56,905 nucleotides of DNA from NCBI GenBank assembly GCA_041746575.1, contig JBGTGT010000029.1, forward strand, positions 1-56,905, written 5' to 3'. Position 1 is the first letter of the stretch. Every line of letters starts with the position of its first letter. Position numbers and translations under genes: made by a program. Origin of the DNA: Microcystaceae cyanobacterium (lineage in GTDB: Bacteria; Cyanobacteriota; Cyanobacteriia; Cyanobacteriales; Microcystaceae). The notes under the pieces are model-generated. The model was not told the DNA's origin. It worked only from the letters and a program-made list of their open reading frames with translations, and did no database searches. Shown here one piece after another: positions 1 to 10,352 of the stretch.

Positions 1-140
1 TGCTGGAATGATTTAAGGCTATTACTCCATAGGCACAGAGCTTCTAGCTCCTCTCCACTAAGAAACAAATTCAGAGATTCTTGTTTCATCCCTTCCTGGG
101 CTTACTTTTACTCCTTTATTCTATCTACAACTGTAGAGCT
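1..140 (-). mobile_element. IS terminus with 5' start of a putative transposase (possibly IS701 family), reading out of the window
   Basis: 1..140 is the exact reverse complement of 56765..56904. ATG at 89 (minus) opens MKQESLNLFLSGEELEALCLWSNSLKSFQ. The family guess rests on recalled IS701-type N-termini only. Confidence 0.7.
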
Positions 141-219
141 CCGGTACTTCCCTTAATTAATTTCTTTTAATCCTTAGTTAATATTGTAGAACACGAAAGT
201 AAGCAGCGACATAAAATAA

Positions 220-244
220 AGCCTCAGTGATGATTACTGGGGCT
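220..244. terminator. Stem-loop, possible intrinsic terminator
   Basis: AGCCTCAGTGA-tga-TTACTGGGGCT hairpin (with G-U pairs) flanked by A/T-rich tracts. Confidence 0.4.
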
Positions 245-395
245 AGTATTATTTTTAGGGAATCTTAAAAAAAAATAAAGTTTTGGCATTACATAACCCT
301 TTCCTTGAACAATTATTATAAGCAATATAATCACCGAAAAAATCGATCTTTTTCTGTGTTTTCTTTAATATTGTTTAGTTAAGGTTGATCCCCCC

Positions 396-548
396 ATGAG
401 ACTGCCAGCCACTCAATCCTTCGCGGACAAACGATATTCTCTTTCTGTTATTCAAGAAGAGGTACGCCAGCTATTATTTAGCGGAAAAATTACGCGTTAT
501 CAACCCATCTATGTGCTTTGTCAGTACATTCCGGCAAGCGAATGCTAA
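396..548 (+). pseudogene. Truncated DUF4327-like cyanobacterial protein (50 aa)
   Basis: MRLPATQSFADKRYSLSVIQEEVRQLLFSGKITRYQPIYVLCQYIPASEC* matches the YS..IQEE.RQL...G...R.QPIY.LCQYIPAREW pattern. It stops where the C-terminal LLRDRI..L..E.W..D part is expected. Confidence 0.65.
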
Positions 549-569
549 AAATCTTTAAAATTGCTGATT

Positions 570-597
570 AAAAAAAATAGGGAAAAAAATTTTCCCT
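570..597 (-). terminator. Intrinsic terminator downstream of the Rieske gene
   Basis: AGGGAAAA-aaa-TTTTCCCT hairpin followed by a T-run on the minus strand. Confidence 0.5.
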
Positions 598-657
598 TTG
601 ATTGCCTGCAAACTTTAGAGGTAGGTAATTTAAAAGAAAACAGTATTATTTTCTTAT

Positions 658-1014
658 TTAAGCGGTTAAATCAACCCAGATGCTTCCTGCTTCTACTTTA
701 ATCGGAAAAGTCGGGAGTTTTGCTTCTTTGGACATCATTGCCATTGCTTGACCTACCACCGGCGGCCAAGGTGTCCATGCTTTGACTGCTCCACTGCACA
801 AATCAAAAGCACTTCGATGCCAAGGACAGACAATAGCTCCATCTTCAGTAATTTTCCCTTTTTTTAGCGGTAATTTAAGGTGAGGACAACGGTTATCCAC
901 CGCATAAAGTTGGCCGTGATGGTTGAGGAGTAAAAGGCTATAATTATCCCGTTTCACGACTTGGCGAGTATCTGAGGGAAGTTGGCTTTCTTCAATCACT
1001 TTAGTCCATGTCAT
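658..1014 (-). CDS. Rieske [2Fe-2S] ferredoxin-like protein
   Basis: CPH...CPWH Rieske ligands, 118 aa. Confidence 0.9.
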   Translation of the reverse strand: MTWTKVIEESQLPSDTRQVVKRDNYSLLLLNHHGQLYAVDNRCPHLKLPLKKGKITEDGAIVCPWHRSAFDLCSGAVKAWTPWPPVVGQAMAMMSKEAKLPTFPIKVEAGSIWVDLTA

Positions 1015-1149
1015 AGGTTTAAAGAAGTTTTTCTCAAATAAAGTTTATTTTATCTCACTGAGACGCTGACTTTACTTTTCTTTACAGGGACAAACGCGTT
1101 TTCTCTTTCTCCTGACACCTGAATTCTGACTTTTCCTGCGCAATGGATG

Positions 1150-1521
1150 TTAGTTGTGGTGGCGCATTTGCTCCAATTCTGTTCTGAGATTAGCCAATTG
1201 CTCGGTGAGTTCCTGAATTTCTGCTTTTAGGTTTCTATCTGAGGCGGTTGCGTCAACTTCAACCGTTGTAGGACGATTAATCATTGCTTGATCTTCTCTT
1301 AATTGATTTAACCACTCTTCGACAAGACGGCGACCTTCTAACTCCGTTATTTCTCCTTTAGAAGCCCATTCATCTGCTTTTTGAATAAATTCAGATTGTA
1401 ACGTCGAAAAAGTTTGCGATCGCTTGCTTGGGTCTTGTAAAGTTTCAATAAGCATTGCCGTTGCGCCGACCGTAATGCGAAAGCCCTGATGGATATTATT
1501 AAAAAGAGTTTCCGTATTCAT
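1150..1521 (-). CDS. Conserved cyanobacterial coiled-coil hypothetical protein (phasin-like)
   Basis: GFRITVGATA...W..KGEITE.EGRRLVE pattern and a C-terminal coiled coil. Confidence 0.7.
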   Translation of the reverse strand: MNTETLFNNIHQGFRITVGATAMLIETLQDPSKRSQTFSTLQSEFIQKADEWASKGEITELEGRRLVEEWLNQLREDQAMINRPTTVEVDATASDRNLKAEIQELTEQLANLRTELEQMRHHN

Positions 1522-1747
1522 TTGCAGATCACTCCCGATTGAGTCTGGAACTTAATTGCTGTTCTAGCACAATTTATCGGATCTGAGTATTAAGTTTGTA
1601 GCAAAGATCAGTCCAAATGATCAGGTTTCTGCACGTCTTTGAGAATTGTTCAACCTCTTTAATATCAAGGGGGAGAGACGACGATTTACCACTCTTGCAA
1701 AACTCACGTTACTATAGGAAAACGATCAATGGAATGAAAAGAACAGT

Positions 1748-3343
1748 ATGAAGCCTTGGATGTGTGACGGTATCCCTAAAAATGGCAAAGTTTACCCAAC
1801 AGCGAGTGCAGATGGCCACGAACCCTACGAAAACACAGGGCCAGATTGCTTAATCTGTGGACTCCCTCAAGAAGCGATGGAACAAAGTTCTACCCAAGCC
1901 AAAACAAAAGTGCCTTCATCGGGTAAAACGGTGATGACAGGGGGTAAAACGTCTTGGTTACTCCCCGCTATTCTGGGGGTTGCTCTATTAGGTTTAGTGG
2001 GCGGATTTGCCGCATTTTTTCTATTAAGATCGAATGAAACCGTCATAACCGATAATAATACCCAAAATTCCACCCAATCTTCCAGTCCCTTTGTCAGTGG
2101 TCGTGCCACGAATCCCGCTTTATTCAGTCAAGGAGAAAAGATTCTCCTCGATGTTACGCCCGATAAACAGGCCGGTGCGTCAGCGTTTAGTCAAGAAGAT
2201 TGGGATGGCGCAATCGCCGCCTATCAACAGGCTGCTACTCAAAATCCAAACGACCCAGAGGGCAAAATATATCTTAATAACGCAAAAGCTCGTAAAAGTG
2301 GTTCGCCTTTAACCCTATCTGTTGTTGTTCCCATTACACCAAGTCCTGATTCGTCCAAAGAGATTTTACGGGGAGTCGCTCGTTATCAAGAAGAATTCAA
2401 CCAAGGGGGAGGCAGTGGACAATTGGCAATCGTAATTGCCAACGCCGCCGATGCCTTAAAGGGAGCATCTTTAGCCCAAGATATCATTGATTCTCCTGAA
2501 ATATTAGGTGTTTTAGGTCATGGAGCTGATCCGGGTAGCCAACAAGCCTTAAGACGCTATCAGGATGCCCAAATTGCCGCTTTATCCCCCCTCACCACCA
2601 GCGTCTCTACCGAAGGACAACCTATTCTTAAAATAATTCCGATTGACCAAAAATCCGACGAATTACTAGGTAATTATTTACAAGCTGTCGGAAAAACGCT
2701 AGCGAATCAGGCTAAGAAGCAAGGTGCATCTTCTGCTGTTATTTTCTACAATTCCGATAGTCCCTACAGTCAACAACTCAAACAAAGTTTACAGGATGCG
2801 ACTCAGACAATGGGGGTTAAAGTGACAAAACAAATCGATGTATCTGCGGGCAATTTTAACCCCAATTCAGCAATTAATCAAGAAAAAGTCGGATTTTTAG
2901 CTCTGAGTAAAAATAAAGTTCCTCAAGCAATCGCGATCGCCCAAGCAAACCAAAATGCAGGTTCTCCAATGCGTTTAATGGGAGGTGATGAATTATACAA
3001 TCCAGACACCCTAATTCAAGGGGGAGATGCCATTAATGGTCTAATTTTAGCGGTTCCTTGGCGTTTTCAACCGAATGATCCTTTCGCTCAAGATGCCGTT
3101 CAAAGTTGGAAAGGTCGAGTCAGTTGGCGCACAGCAACGGCCTATGATGCAACGCAGGTAATGGCAGATACTGCTCACAAGACACCGAACCGAAGTGGCA
3201 TTTATCAAGCTTTAAACCAAGGCGTATCATTAAAAACGAAAACCACTGATTTTGGTATTTTTAATGAAGTTCCCCTCGTAGAAGCGATTAGCGGCAAAAA
3301 TGGGCCACCGGGATCTCAATATCAATTTAGTCCTCTGCAGTAA
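1748..3343 (+). CDS. Membrane-anchored type-1 (branched-chain amino acid-like) substrate-binding protein with a TPR-like segment and a Cys/His N-terminal motif
   Basis: TM helix WLLPAILGVALLGLVGGFAAFFLL; NPNDPEGKIYLNNA; LRGVA..Q; VSWRTATAYDA. Confidence 0.8.
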   Translation: MKPWMCDGIPKNGKVYPTASADGHEPYENTGPDCLICGLPQEAMEQSSTQAKTKVPSSGKTVMTGGKTSWLLPAILGVALLGLVGGFAAFFLLRSNETVITDNNTQNSTQSSSPFVSGRATNPALFSQGEKILLDVTPDKQAGASAFSQEDWDGAIAAYQQAATQNPNDPEGKIYLNNAKARKSGSPLTLSVVVPITPSPDSSKEILRGVARYQEEFNQGGGSGQLAIVIANAADALKGASLAQDIIDSPEILGVLGHGADPGSQQALRRYQDAQIAALSPLTTSVSTEGQPILKIIPIDQKSDELLGNYLQAVGKTLANQAKKQGASSAVIFYNSDSPYSQQLKQSLQDATQTMGVKVTKQIDVSAGNFNPNSAINQEKVGFLALSKNKVPQAIAIAQANQNAGSPMRLMGGDELYNPDTLIQGGDAINGLILAVPWRFQPNDPFAQDAVQSWKGRVSWRTATAYDATQVMADTAHKTPNRSGIYQALNQGVSLKTKTTDFGIFNEVPLVEAISGKNGPPGSQYQFSPLQ

Positions 3344-3376
3344 TATCAATACAGACAATATTATGACTCATAACAA

Positions 3377-3398
3377 AGCCCCCTATTGCTAGAGGGCT
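3377..3398. terminator. Hairpin between convergent genes
   Basis: AGCCC-C-CTA-ttgc-TAG-A-GGGCT. Confidence 0.45.
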
Positions 3399-3416
3399 AT
3401 TAAAGTTTGAATTAAT

Positions 3417-5429
3417 TTAGCCTAGTAACGCTTTTGCTTTCGTCAAAACATGCTCAGCGTTAAAGCCAAACTTCTCCATACAAGTGCCGCCCGGTGCAGA
3501 AGCCCCAAAGGTGTCAATACTGACCGTATCACCCTCAGAACCGATGTACTTATGCCAGCCTAAGCTAACGCCAGCTTCCACCGATAACCGCTTCGTTACC
3601 GCTTTAGGTAACACCGATTCTTTGTAGTCGGTATCTTGCGCTTCAAATAATTCCCAAGAAGGCATAGAAACCACTCGTACCTTTTTCCCTTCGCTAGTCA
3701 GTTTTTCGGCGGCAGTAACACAAAGACTGACTTCTGACCCCGTTCCCATCAAAATAAGGTCGGGTGTTCCTTCACAATCCATCAGCGTGTAAGCCCCTTT
3801 GGCGACGCCTTTGATCGTGGTTTCTGAGAAGTTAGGCACCGCTTGACGAGTGAACGCTAACAGGGTGGGACGATTCTGCTTAGCATTCTCAATTGCCACT
3901 TTATAAGCTCCAGAAGCCTCCGTGCCATCACAGGGACGAATCACCGTTAAATTGGGAATCGCCCGTAAAGAGGAAAGGGTTTCAATGGGTTGGTGAGTGG
4001 GGCCATCTTCCCCTTGTCCGATAGAATCGTGAGTCATAACCCAAATCACGCCAGCTTCAGACAAAGCAGAGAGACGAATGGCCGCCCGCATATAATCGGT
4101 AAAGATTAAGAAGGTTGCACCATAGGGTATCAATCCTGAATCATGAAGGGCAATTCCGTTACAAATGGCGCCCATAGCGTGTTCACGTACCCCAAAGTGA
4201 ATATTGCGGTTTTGAAACTGGCCTTTTTGGAAATCCTCTGATACTTTGAGTTCAGTCAAGTTAGAGTGGGTTAAATCTGCCGAACCCCCTAATAATTCGG
4301 GTAAAACAGGGGCTAATTTATTGAGACAATTTTCTGAATGTTTCCGAGTGGGTAAGGCTTTGTCTTCCGCCGTGTAAGTGGGTAATACGCTGTCCCAACC
4401 ATCGGGCAGTTTACCACTAAGATAACGCTCAAACTCAGCCGCCTCAGCCGGATATTTTGCTTTGTATTGAGCAAAAGCTTGATTCCATTCTGCTTCGTAG
4501 CTGGCACCCCGTTCAATCGCTTTACGGGTATGATCTAGCACATCGCTCGGAATATCAAAGGGTTCATAATTCCAACCCAGTTTTTCGCGGGTTAAGGCCA
4601 CTTCATCAGTCCCTAACGCAGATCCGTGAACGCCTGCTGTATTCGCTTTATTGGGAGAACCATAACCGATAGTGGTAGTCACCTTAATCATAGAAGGCTT
4701 ATCGGTAACGGCTTTGGCCGCTTCAATGGCTTTAGCGATCGCTTCTAAGTCCGTGTTGCCATCTTCAACGTGGAGAACGTGCCAACCGTAAGCTTCAAAA
4801 CGTTTGCTTACATCTTCGGTAAAAGCAACGTCGGTGGAACCATCAATTGAAATATGGTTATCATCATAGAGGGCAATAAGCTTGCCTAAGCCCCAGTGAC
4901 CGGCAATGGAGGACGCTTCACCTGAAACGCCTTCCATATTACAACCATCTCCTAAGATCACATAAGTATAGTGATCAACAATGGTAGCATCAGGTTTATT
5001 AAACTGAGCCGCTAAATGAGCTTCTGCCACCGCTAATCCCACTGCATTGGCGATGCCTTGACCAAGAGGGCCGGTGGTCACTTCTACGCCGGGGGTTTCA
5101 AAATTTTCAGGGTGTCCGGGAGTTTTGGAACCCCACTGACGAAATTGCTTAATTTCTTCAATAGTGACACTGTTGTAGCCCATCAGGTAAAGTAGAGCAT
5201 ATTGTAACATACAGCCATGGCCAGCCGACAGGACAAAGCGATCGCGGTTAAACCATTTGGGGTTTTTGGGATTAAAACGCATAAATTGATCCCACAGCAC
5301 GAAAGCCATAGGAGCCGCCCCCATCGGCAAGCCAGGATGTCCTGATTTGGCTTTTTCAACGGCATCAATCGCTAAAAATCGAATGGAATTAATGCAAAGT
5401 TCTTCAAGGGATTGGCTAGCAACGACCAT
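3417..5429 (-). CDS. tkt: Transketolase
   Basis: [26 protein letters not shown] (ThDP motif), EDGPTHQP; start moved to ATG 5429 ([11 protein letters not shown]). Confidence 0.97.
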   Translation of the reverse strand: MVVASQSLEELCINSIRFLAIDAVEKAKSGHPGLPMGAAPMAFVLWDQFMRFNPKNPKWFNRDRFVLSAGHGCMLQYALLYLMGYNSVTIEEIKQFRQWGSKTPGHPENFETPGVEVTTGPLGQGIANAVGLAVAEAHLAAQFNKPDATIVDHYTYVILGDGCNMEGVSGEASSIAGHWGLGKLIALYDDNHISIDGSTDVAFTEDVSKRFEAYGWHVLHVEDGNTDLEAIAKAIEAAKAVTDKPSMIKVTTTIGYGSPNKANTAGVHGSALGTDEVALTREKLGWNYEPFDIPSDVLDHTRKAIERGASYEAEWNQAFAQYKAKYPAEAAEFERYLSGKLPDGWDSVLPTYTAEDKALPTRKHSENCLNKLAPVLPELLGGSADLTHSNLTELKVSEDFQKGQFQNRNIHFGVREHAMGAICNGIALHDSGLIPYGATFLIFTDYMRAAIRLSALSEAGVIWVMTHDSIGQGEDGPTHQPIETLSSLRAIPNLTVIRPCDGTEASGAYKVAIENAKQNRPTLLAFTRQAVPNFSETTIKGVAKGAYTLMDCEGTPDLILMGTGSEVSLCVTAAEKLTSEGKKVRVVSMPSWELFEAQDTDYKESVLPKAVTKRLSVEAGVSLGWHKYIGSEGDTVSIDTFGASAPGGTCMEKFGFNAEHVLTKAKALLG

Positions 5430-5645
5430 AATCTTCCACGTAATAAACGACAATAAACAGCAAAAAGATAAGGGGAACGACACCTCTAAATCGCATTCAA
5501 AGGCGATCTGTGTGGTTCGTCTCTATCATCCCATTGTTCGGTAGGTCTGTATAGTCAATCGTTGATTTTGAAATCCAAAAGGCACAAGTTAACGATTAAC
5601 GTCATCAATATAAGTTAAACAGAGGTTTAACCCAAATTGAGCCAC

Positions 5646-6896
5646 TTAAACATATTTTTTAAAGGCTAACGTCACGTTATGCCCACCAAATCCAAAGGAG
5701 TTGGAGAGAGCCACCTCGACCGGCAATGAACGACTGTGAAGGGGCGTATAATCTAAATCACAAGCGGGATCGGGGTTTTCTAGATTAATAGTCGGGGGAA
5801 TTTGGTCGTTGGCGATCGCCATCACTGTTGCAACCGCCTCAATGCCGCCCGATCCTCCCAGTAAGTGACCTGTCATTGATTTGGTTGAGCTAATTGCCAC
5901 TTGGTAAGCATGAATACCTAATGCTTTTTTGATGGCTTGGGTTTCGGTCACATCGTTCGCCGCCGTACTGGTGCCGTGGGCGTTAATATAGTTTACTTGT
6001 TCTGGCAAAACGCGAGCATCTTTCATTGCCAATTCCATGGAGCGAGTTGCCCCCCGACCGTCGGGAACGGGAGAAGTGATATGATACGCATCGCAAGTCA
6101 TGCCGTAACCCACCATTTCACCATAAATCTTTGCCCCTCTTGCTAAAGCATGGTTGAGTTCTTCTAGGATCAAAATACCTGCCCCTTCCCCCATCACAAA
6201 ACCGTTTCGATCTCGATCAAACGGACGACTGGCACGAGCGGGAGCATCATTGCGCATCGCTAGGGCTTTAGCTGAGGCGAATCCCGCATAAGATAACGGG
6301 GTAATCGCCGCTTCAGCCCCGCCGCAGATCATAACTTTGGCGTAATCCCTTTGAATCAGACGAAACGCATCACCAATCGCATTAGAACCGGCCGCACAAG
6401 CAGTTACTGGACAGGAATTCGGACCTTTCGCCCCCGTATGAATCGCCGTTAATCCTGCCGCCATATTGGCAATCATCATCGGTATCATGAAAGGACTGCA
6501 ACGGCTGGGCCCTTTACTCAATAAAACGCTATGCTGATCTTCGAGGACTTTTAAACCGCCAACCCCTGTGCCAATAATCACGCCAACTTGGTCAGCATTG
6601 AGATCAGTAATGACCAACTGAGCATCAGTGATCGCCATTTTGCTAGTCACCACGGCGAATTGAGCAAAACGATCCATGCGCTTGGCCTCTTTACGATCCA
6701 AATAAGCATAAAGATCAAACCCTTTAACTTCTCCACCGATACGGCAGGCATGGTGGGAAGCATCAAATAACGTAATTTCTCCAATGCCATTGCGACCACT
6801 GAGTAATCCTGCCCAGTAGTCTGCTAAGGTATTACCAATTGGAGTGAGTGCGCCTAGCCCAGTAACGACCACACGCTTTAGCTGTACTTCTGTCAT
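5646..6896 (-). CDS. fabF: 3-oxoacyl-ACP synthase II
   Basis: TACAAG catalytic Cys, NAHGTST, GHLLG, SNSFGFGGHN. Confidence 0.97.
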   Translation of the reverse strand: MTEVQLKRVVVTGLGALTPIGNTLADYWAGLLSGRNGIGEITLFDASHHACRIGGEVKGFDLYAYLDRKEAKRMDRFAQFAVVTSKMAITDAQLVITDLNADQVGVIIGTGVGGLKVLEDQHSVLLSKGPSRCSPFMIPMMIANMAAGLTAIHTGAKGPNSCPVTACAAGSNAIGDAFRLIQRDYAKVMICGGAEAAITPLSYAGFASAKALAMRNDAPARASRPFDRDRNGFVMGEGAGILILEELNHALARGAKIYGEMVGYGMTCDAYHITSPVPDGRGATRSMELAMKDARVLPEQVNYINAHGTSTAANDVTETQAIKKALGIHAYQVAISSTKSMTGHLLGGSGGIEAVATVMAIANDQIPPTINLENPDPACDLDYTPLHSRSLPVEVALSNSFGFGGHNVTLAFKKYV

Positions 6897-6975
6897 GATT
6901 TTTATTGAATGGTGAGGTCGGCTGCCTCAATGGTGCAAAGAAATCAAAAAAATTGCTCACCTGAGTGAGGGAAAG

Positions 6976-7224
6976 TTAAGCGGGTGTCTCTACTTTTTGA
7001 CTGATATGGTCGACCGCTGCACTAACCGTCAGGATTTTCTCGGCTTCTTCATCAGGAATTTCAATGTCAAATTCTTCTTCTAAGGCCATGACCAATTCGA
7101 CGGTATCTAGGGAGTCTGCGCCTAAGTCATCGGCAAAGTTTGCTTCTGGTTTGACCAGAGCTTCGTCGACCTCTAATTGATCTACGACGATTTTTTTGAC
7201 TCTTGTAAAGATTTCTTCGTTCAT
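6976..7224 (-). CDS. acpP: Acyl carrier protein
   Basis: [20 protein letters not shown]; upstream of fabF. Confidence 0.98.
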   Translation of the reverse strand: MNEEIFTRVKKIVVDQLEVDEALVKPEANFADDLGADSLDTVELVMALEEEFDIEIPDEEAEKILTVSAAVDHISQKVETPA

Positions 7225-7504
7225 CTACCTATTTTTGAGTCCGCTAGCTGCTCTGAGCGGGTTTCGCTCTAGAGAGAAAGTAGGGCGGCTGTTACTACTT
7301 CCTAGGTGAATAGAGGATGCTAAATTTCCATCAATCTTTTCTATCTTACTCATAAAGGGGGACATTTCTCTAGTCAGCTTAAGCAACAAAAGCCATCAAT
7401 CAAGTCAACACCCTGAGCAGGGCAATAGCAGCGCGATTTTGGATTTTAACTTTTTGAGGGTGAGTGGAGGGGTAACTTCCTCAAACTCGATCTTGCTAGG
7501 ATGA

Positions 7505-7537
7505 CAAAAAAAAGAGAGAACCTTGACGCTCTCTCCT
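7505..7537 (-). terminator. Probable psaC terminator
   Basis: GAGAGAG...TTCTCTC stem followed by a T-run on the minus strand. Confidence 0.45.
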
Positions 7538-7613
7538 CCTCGGTCACATCATAAAGGGAATTTTAAAGATCGACTTTGGATTCAGGGTTTAAGAACGGAC
7601 TCAAACCATTTTC

Positions 7614-7981
<368 letters not shown>

Positions 7982-8088
7982 ACCCCTTTCTAACTTCTCT
8001 TTGATTTCTCTATTCTTCTGTTGAGACAGTAGGGGAGCAGGGGAAAAGATAAAGTAAAAAATCGTATAAAAAACCGAAAAATCAAGCA

Positions 8089-8565
8089 TTATTCTATTTT
8101 TTCAGTATTACCCGATTTAATCCACCCCTCTTGTCCGTTACTGAATAATTGAATTTTTTGCCATTGACCGTTGTTGCTGGTACCCAAAATAACTACTTCC
8201 GTATTGTAATCTATCCCTCCAATCCGACTGGAGGAAGTGGACGGTTCAGCCCGAATACTTAATCCCTGAGGCCAAGTCACTTTTGCCTTATAGCTGCCAG
8301 AAGGTAAAGTTTCTTGTGTTTTTTCAGCTTGTGGAGCAGGCGATTCAGATGGGTCGGCTTTTAAGGACTTCTCGTCAGGTTTTGGGGTTTTTACCGGAGC
8401 TTTAGTCGGAGATTTGGGTTTTTCTTCAGCAAATAAGGGTTTTTCAGGAGGAGTGGACAGGCGGGTAAAGACCACATATCCCAAAGCAGCTGCTCCTCCC
8501 AGCAACAGAGCCACCCCGAGGATGAATCCGAGTAAAAATTGGACAACAGAGGCAAAATTTTTCAT
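8089..8565 (-). CDS. Membrane-anchored SH3b-domain protein
   Basis: N-terminal TM helix, Pro/Lys linker, VTWPQGLSIRAEP...QEGWIKSGN. Confidence 0.85.
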   Translation of the reverse strand: MKNFASVVQFLLGFILGVALLLGGAAALGYVVFTRLSTPPEKPLFAEEKPKSPTKAPVKTPKPDEKSLKADPSESPAPQAEKTQETLPSGSYKAKVTWPQGLSIRAEPSTSSSRIGGIDYNTEVVILGTSNNGQWQKIQLFSNGQEGWIKSGNTEKIE

Positions 8566-8608
8566 AAATAAGGCATTAATGACAAGATTCTACTAAGTTT
8601 CGTTAAAT

Positions 8609-10126
8609 TTAATTGAAGGATTGTTGAATGTGATCGCTCAGGCGATTTTCGCGGGAGGCTAAACGGGCTTTTCCGGCGGCCGCCCAATCTTGTAATAATT
8701 GTATTTGCTCTTTGGCCGTTCGAGCTAAAGGAATCACTTGACTGGCCGCTTCTAGAATATCATCAGTGGTGAAATCGCGATTTTGGCTAAAACCAATGTG
8801 CATTGCTTCAATAAGCGTTTGCTCAATTTCAGCCCCAGAAAATTCGGGAGTTTCATAAGCTAATCGCTTTAAGTCATAGGCTTTCAGATTATGGGGTCTT
8901 AATTTAGATAAATGGACGTTAAAGATCGATTCTCGTTCCGCTTGACTGGGCAAACCGACAAAAAAGATTTCGTCAAATCGTCCTTTGCGTAGTATCTCTG
9001 GTGGTAACATTTGAATGTTATTCGCCGTTGCAACGACGAAAACGGGGGATTTTTTCTCCGCTAACCAGTTGATAAAGGTGCCAAACACCCGACTGGTAGT
9101 TCCCCCATCTCCTTTACTATCCACTCCTGCAAAGGCTTTATCTATTTCATCAATCCACAGTACACAAGGGGCTAAGGCTTCGGCTAAATTAATCATCTGA
9201 CGGGTGCGAGATTCCGATTCTCCGACTAATCCGCCAAATAAGCGTCCGACGTCTAATCTCAGTAAGGGAAGATGCCAATGATGGGAGATCGCTTTCGCCG
9301 TTAAAGATTTACCCGTTCCCTGAATTCCGGCAAGGAGTAATCCCCGTGGATAGGGTAACCCATAAGCTTGCGCCCGTTCACTGAACGCGCCCCCCCGTCG
9401 AATTAACCAGTCTTTCAGGTTATCCAAGCCACCAATATCCGAAATTTGTTCAATAGCAGGGTAAAAATCTAGAATTTGAGTTTGGCGAATGGATTGACGT
9501 TTTTCTGCCAGAATCCATTCTACGTCTTCTGGGTCAATTTTACCGTGACTGGCAAGACATCTGGTTAAAACGCGCCGAATTCGCTCTAAAGATAGCCCCT
9601 GAGACGCTCTGACTAGCTCATCTAACAGTTTACTGTCTAAAGTTTCCCCTGTTGCGGCCAATAACCGTTGAATTTCACTTTTGATTTCTTGAGGAGTCGG
9701 TAAGAAAAAATCCAAGATGGTAAAAACTTCACTGAGTTCATGGGGAATTTCAACAATAGGGGCTATAATAACGATGTTTTTCGGTTGCGACTTTAGTTTT
9801 CGAGCAAGATTTCGTAATTTTCGGGAAACGGAAACATCTTCAAGAAAGCGATGAAAATCCCTGAGAATAAAAATCCCTGCACTGTTTTCAGGCAAATTCT
9901 CAACAAATTCCAAGGCTTGTAGCGGATTACGTCGCCCGACTCCCTCATTATTAGGGTTATCTTGATACCCTCCCACAAAATCCCAAAGGTAAACGGTGCG
10001 ATTACCTAAATTTTGCGCACTTTGACGAATCGTTGTCTCTGCTCTTTCTTCCTCTAAGGTCGGAATATATAGTAATGGGTAACAAGCGCGCAGGAGAAGC
10101 TCAAACTCTGTACGAAAAGATATCAT
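8609..10126 (-). CDS. ycf46: Ycf46-family AAA+ ATPase
   Basis: GIQGTGKS Walker A, LWIDEIDK Walker B, LRKGRFDEIFF. Confidence 0.9.
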   Translation of the reverse strand: MISFRTEFELLLRACYPLLYIPTLEEERAETTIRQSAQNLGNRTVYLWDFVGGYQDNPNNEGVGRRNPLQALEFVENLPENSAGIFILRDFHRFLEDVSVSRKLRNLARKLKSQPKNIVIIAPIVEIPHELSEVFTILDFFLPTPQEIKSEIQRLLAATGETLDSKLLDELVRASQGLSLERIRRVLTRCLASHGKIDPEDVEWILAEKRQSIRQTQILDFYPAIEQISDIGGLDNLKDWLIRRGGAFSERAQAYGLPYPRGLLLAGIQGTGKSLTAKAISHHWHLPLLRLDVGRLFGGLVGESESRTRQMINLAEALAPCVLWIDEIDKAFAGVDSKGDGGTTSRVFGTFINWLAEKKSPVFVVATANNIQMLPPEILRKGRFDEIFFVGLPSQAERESIFNVHLSKLRPHNLKAYDLKRLAYETPEFSGAEIEQTLIEAMHIGFSQNRDFTTDDILEAASQVIPLARTAKEQIQLLQDWAAAGKARLASRENRLSDHIQQSFN

Positions 10127-10352
10127 TTCGCTTTTAGGGGTAACTTAAGTTGTTGGATAAATATTTTTTAGTCTTTTCAGTGTAGCAGTAAGACTGATCT
10201 TTGAATAAAAGAGGTTGAGCAATTTGTTCGGCTGTCAGGCTTTTAAATATTCATTTTACAGCGTTTTGTCTTTGAAACAACAGACAAAAAGAAATTGTAT
10301 CCCTTTTTATTACTTAGTTTATCATGAAGTCAGAAATTCAATCAATCAAGTT

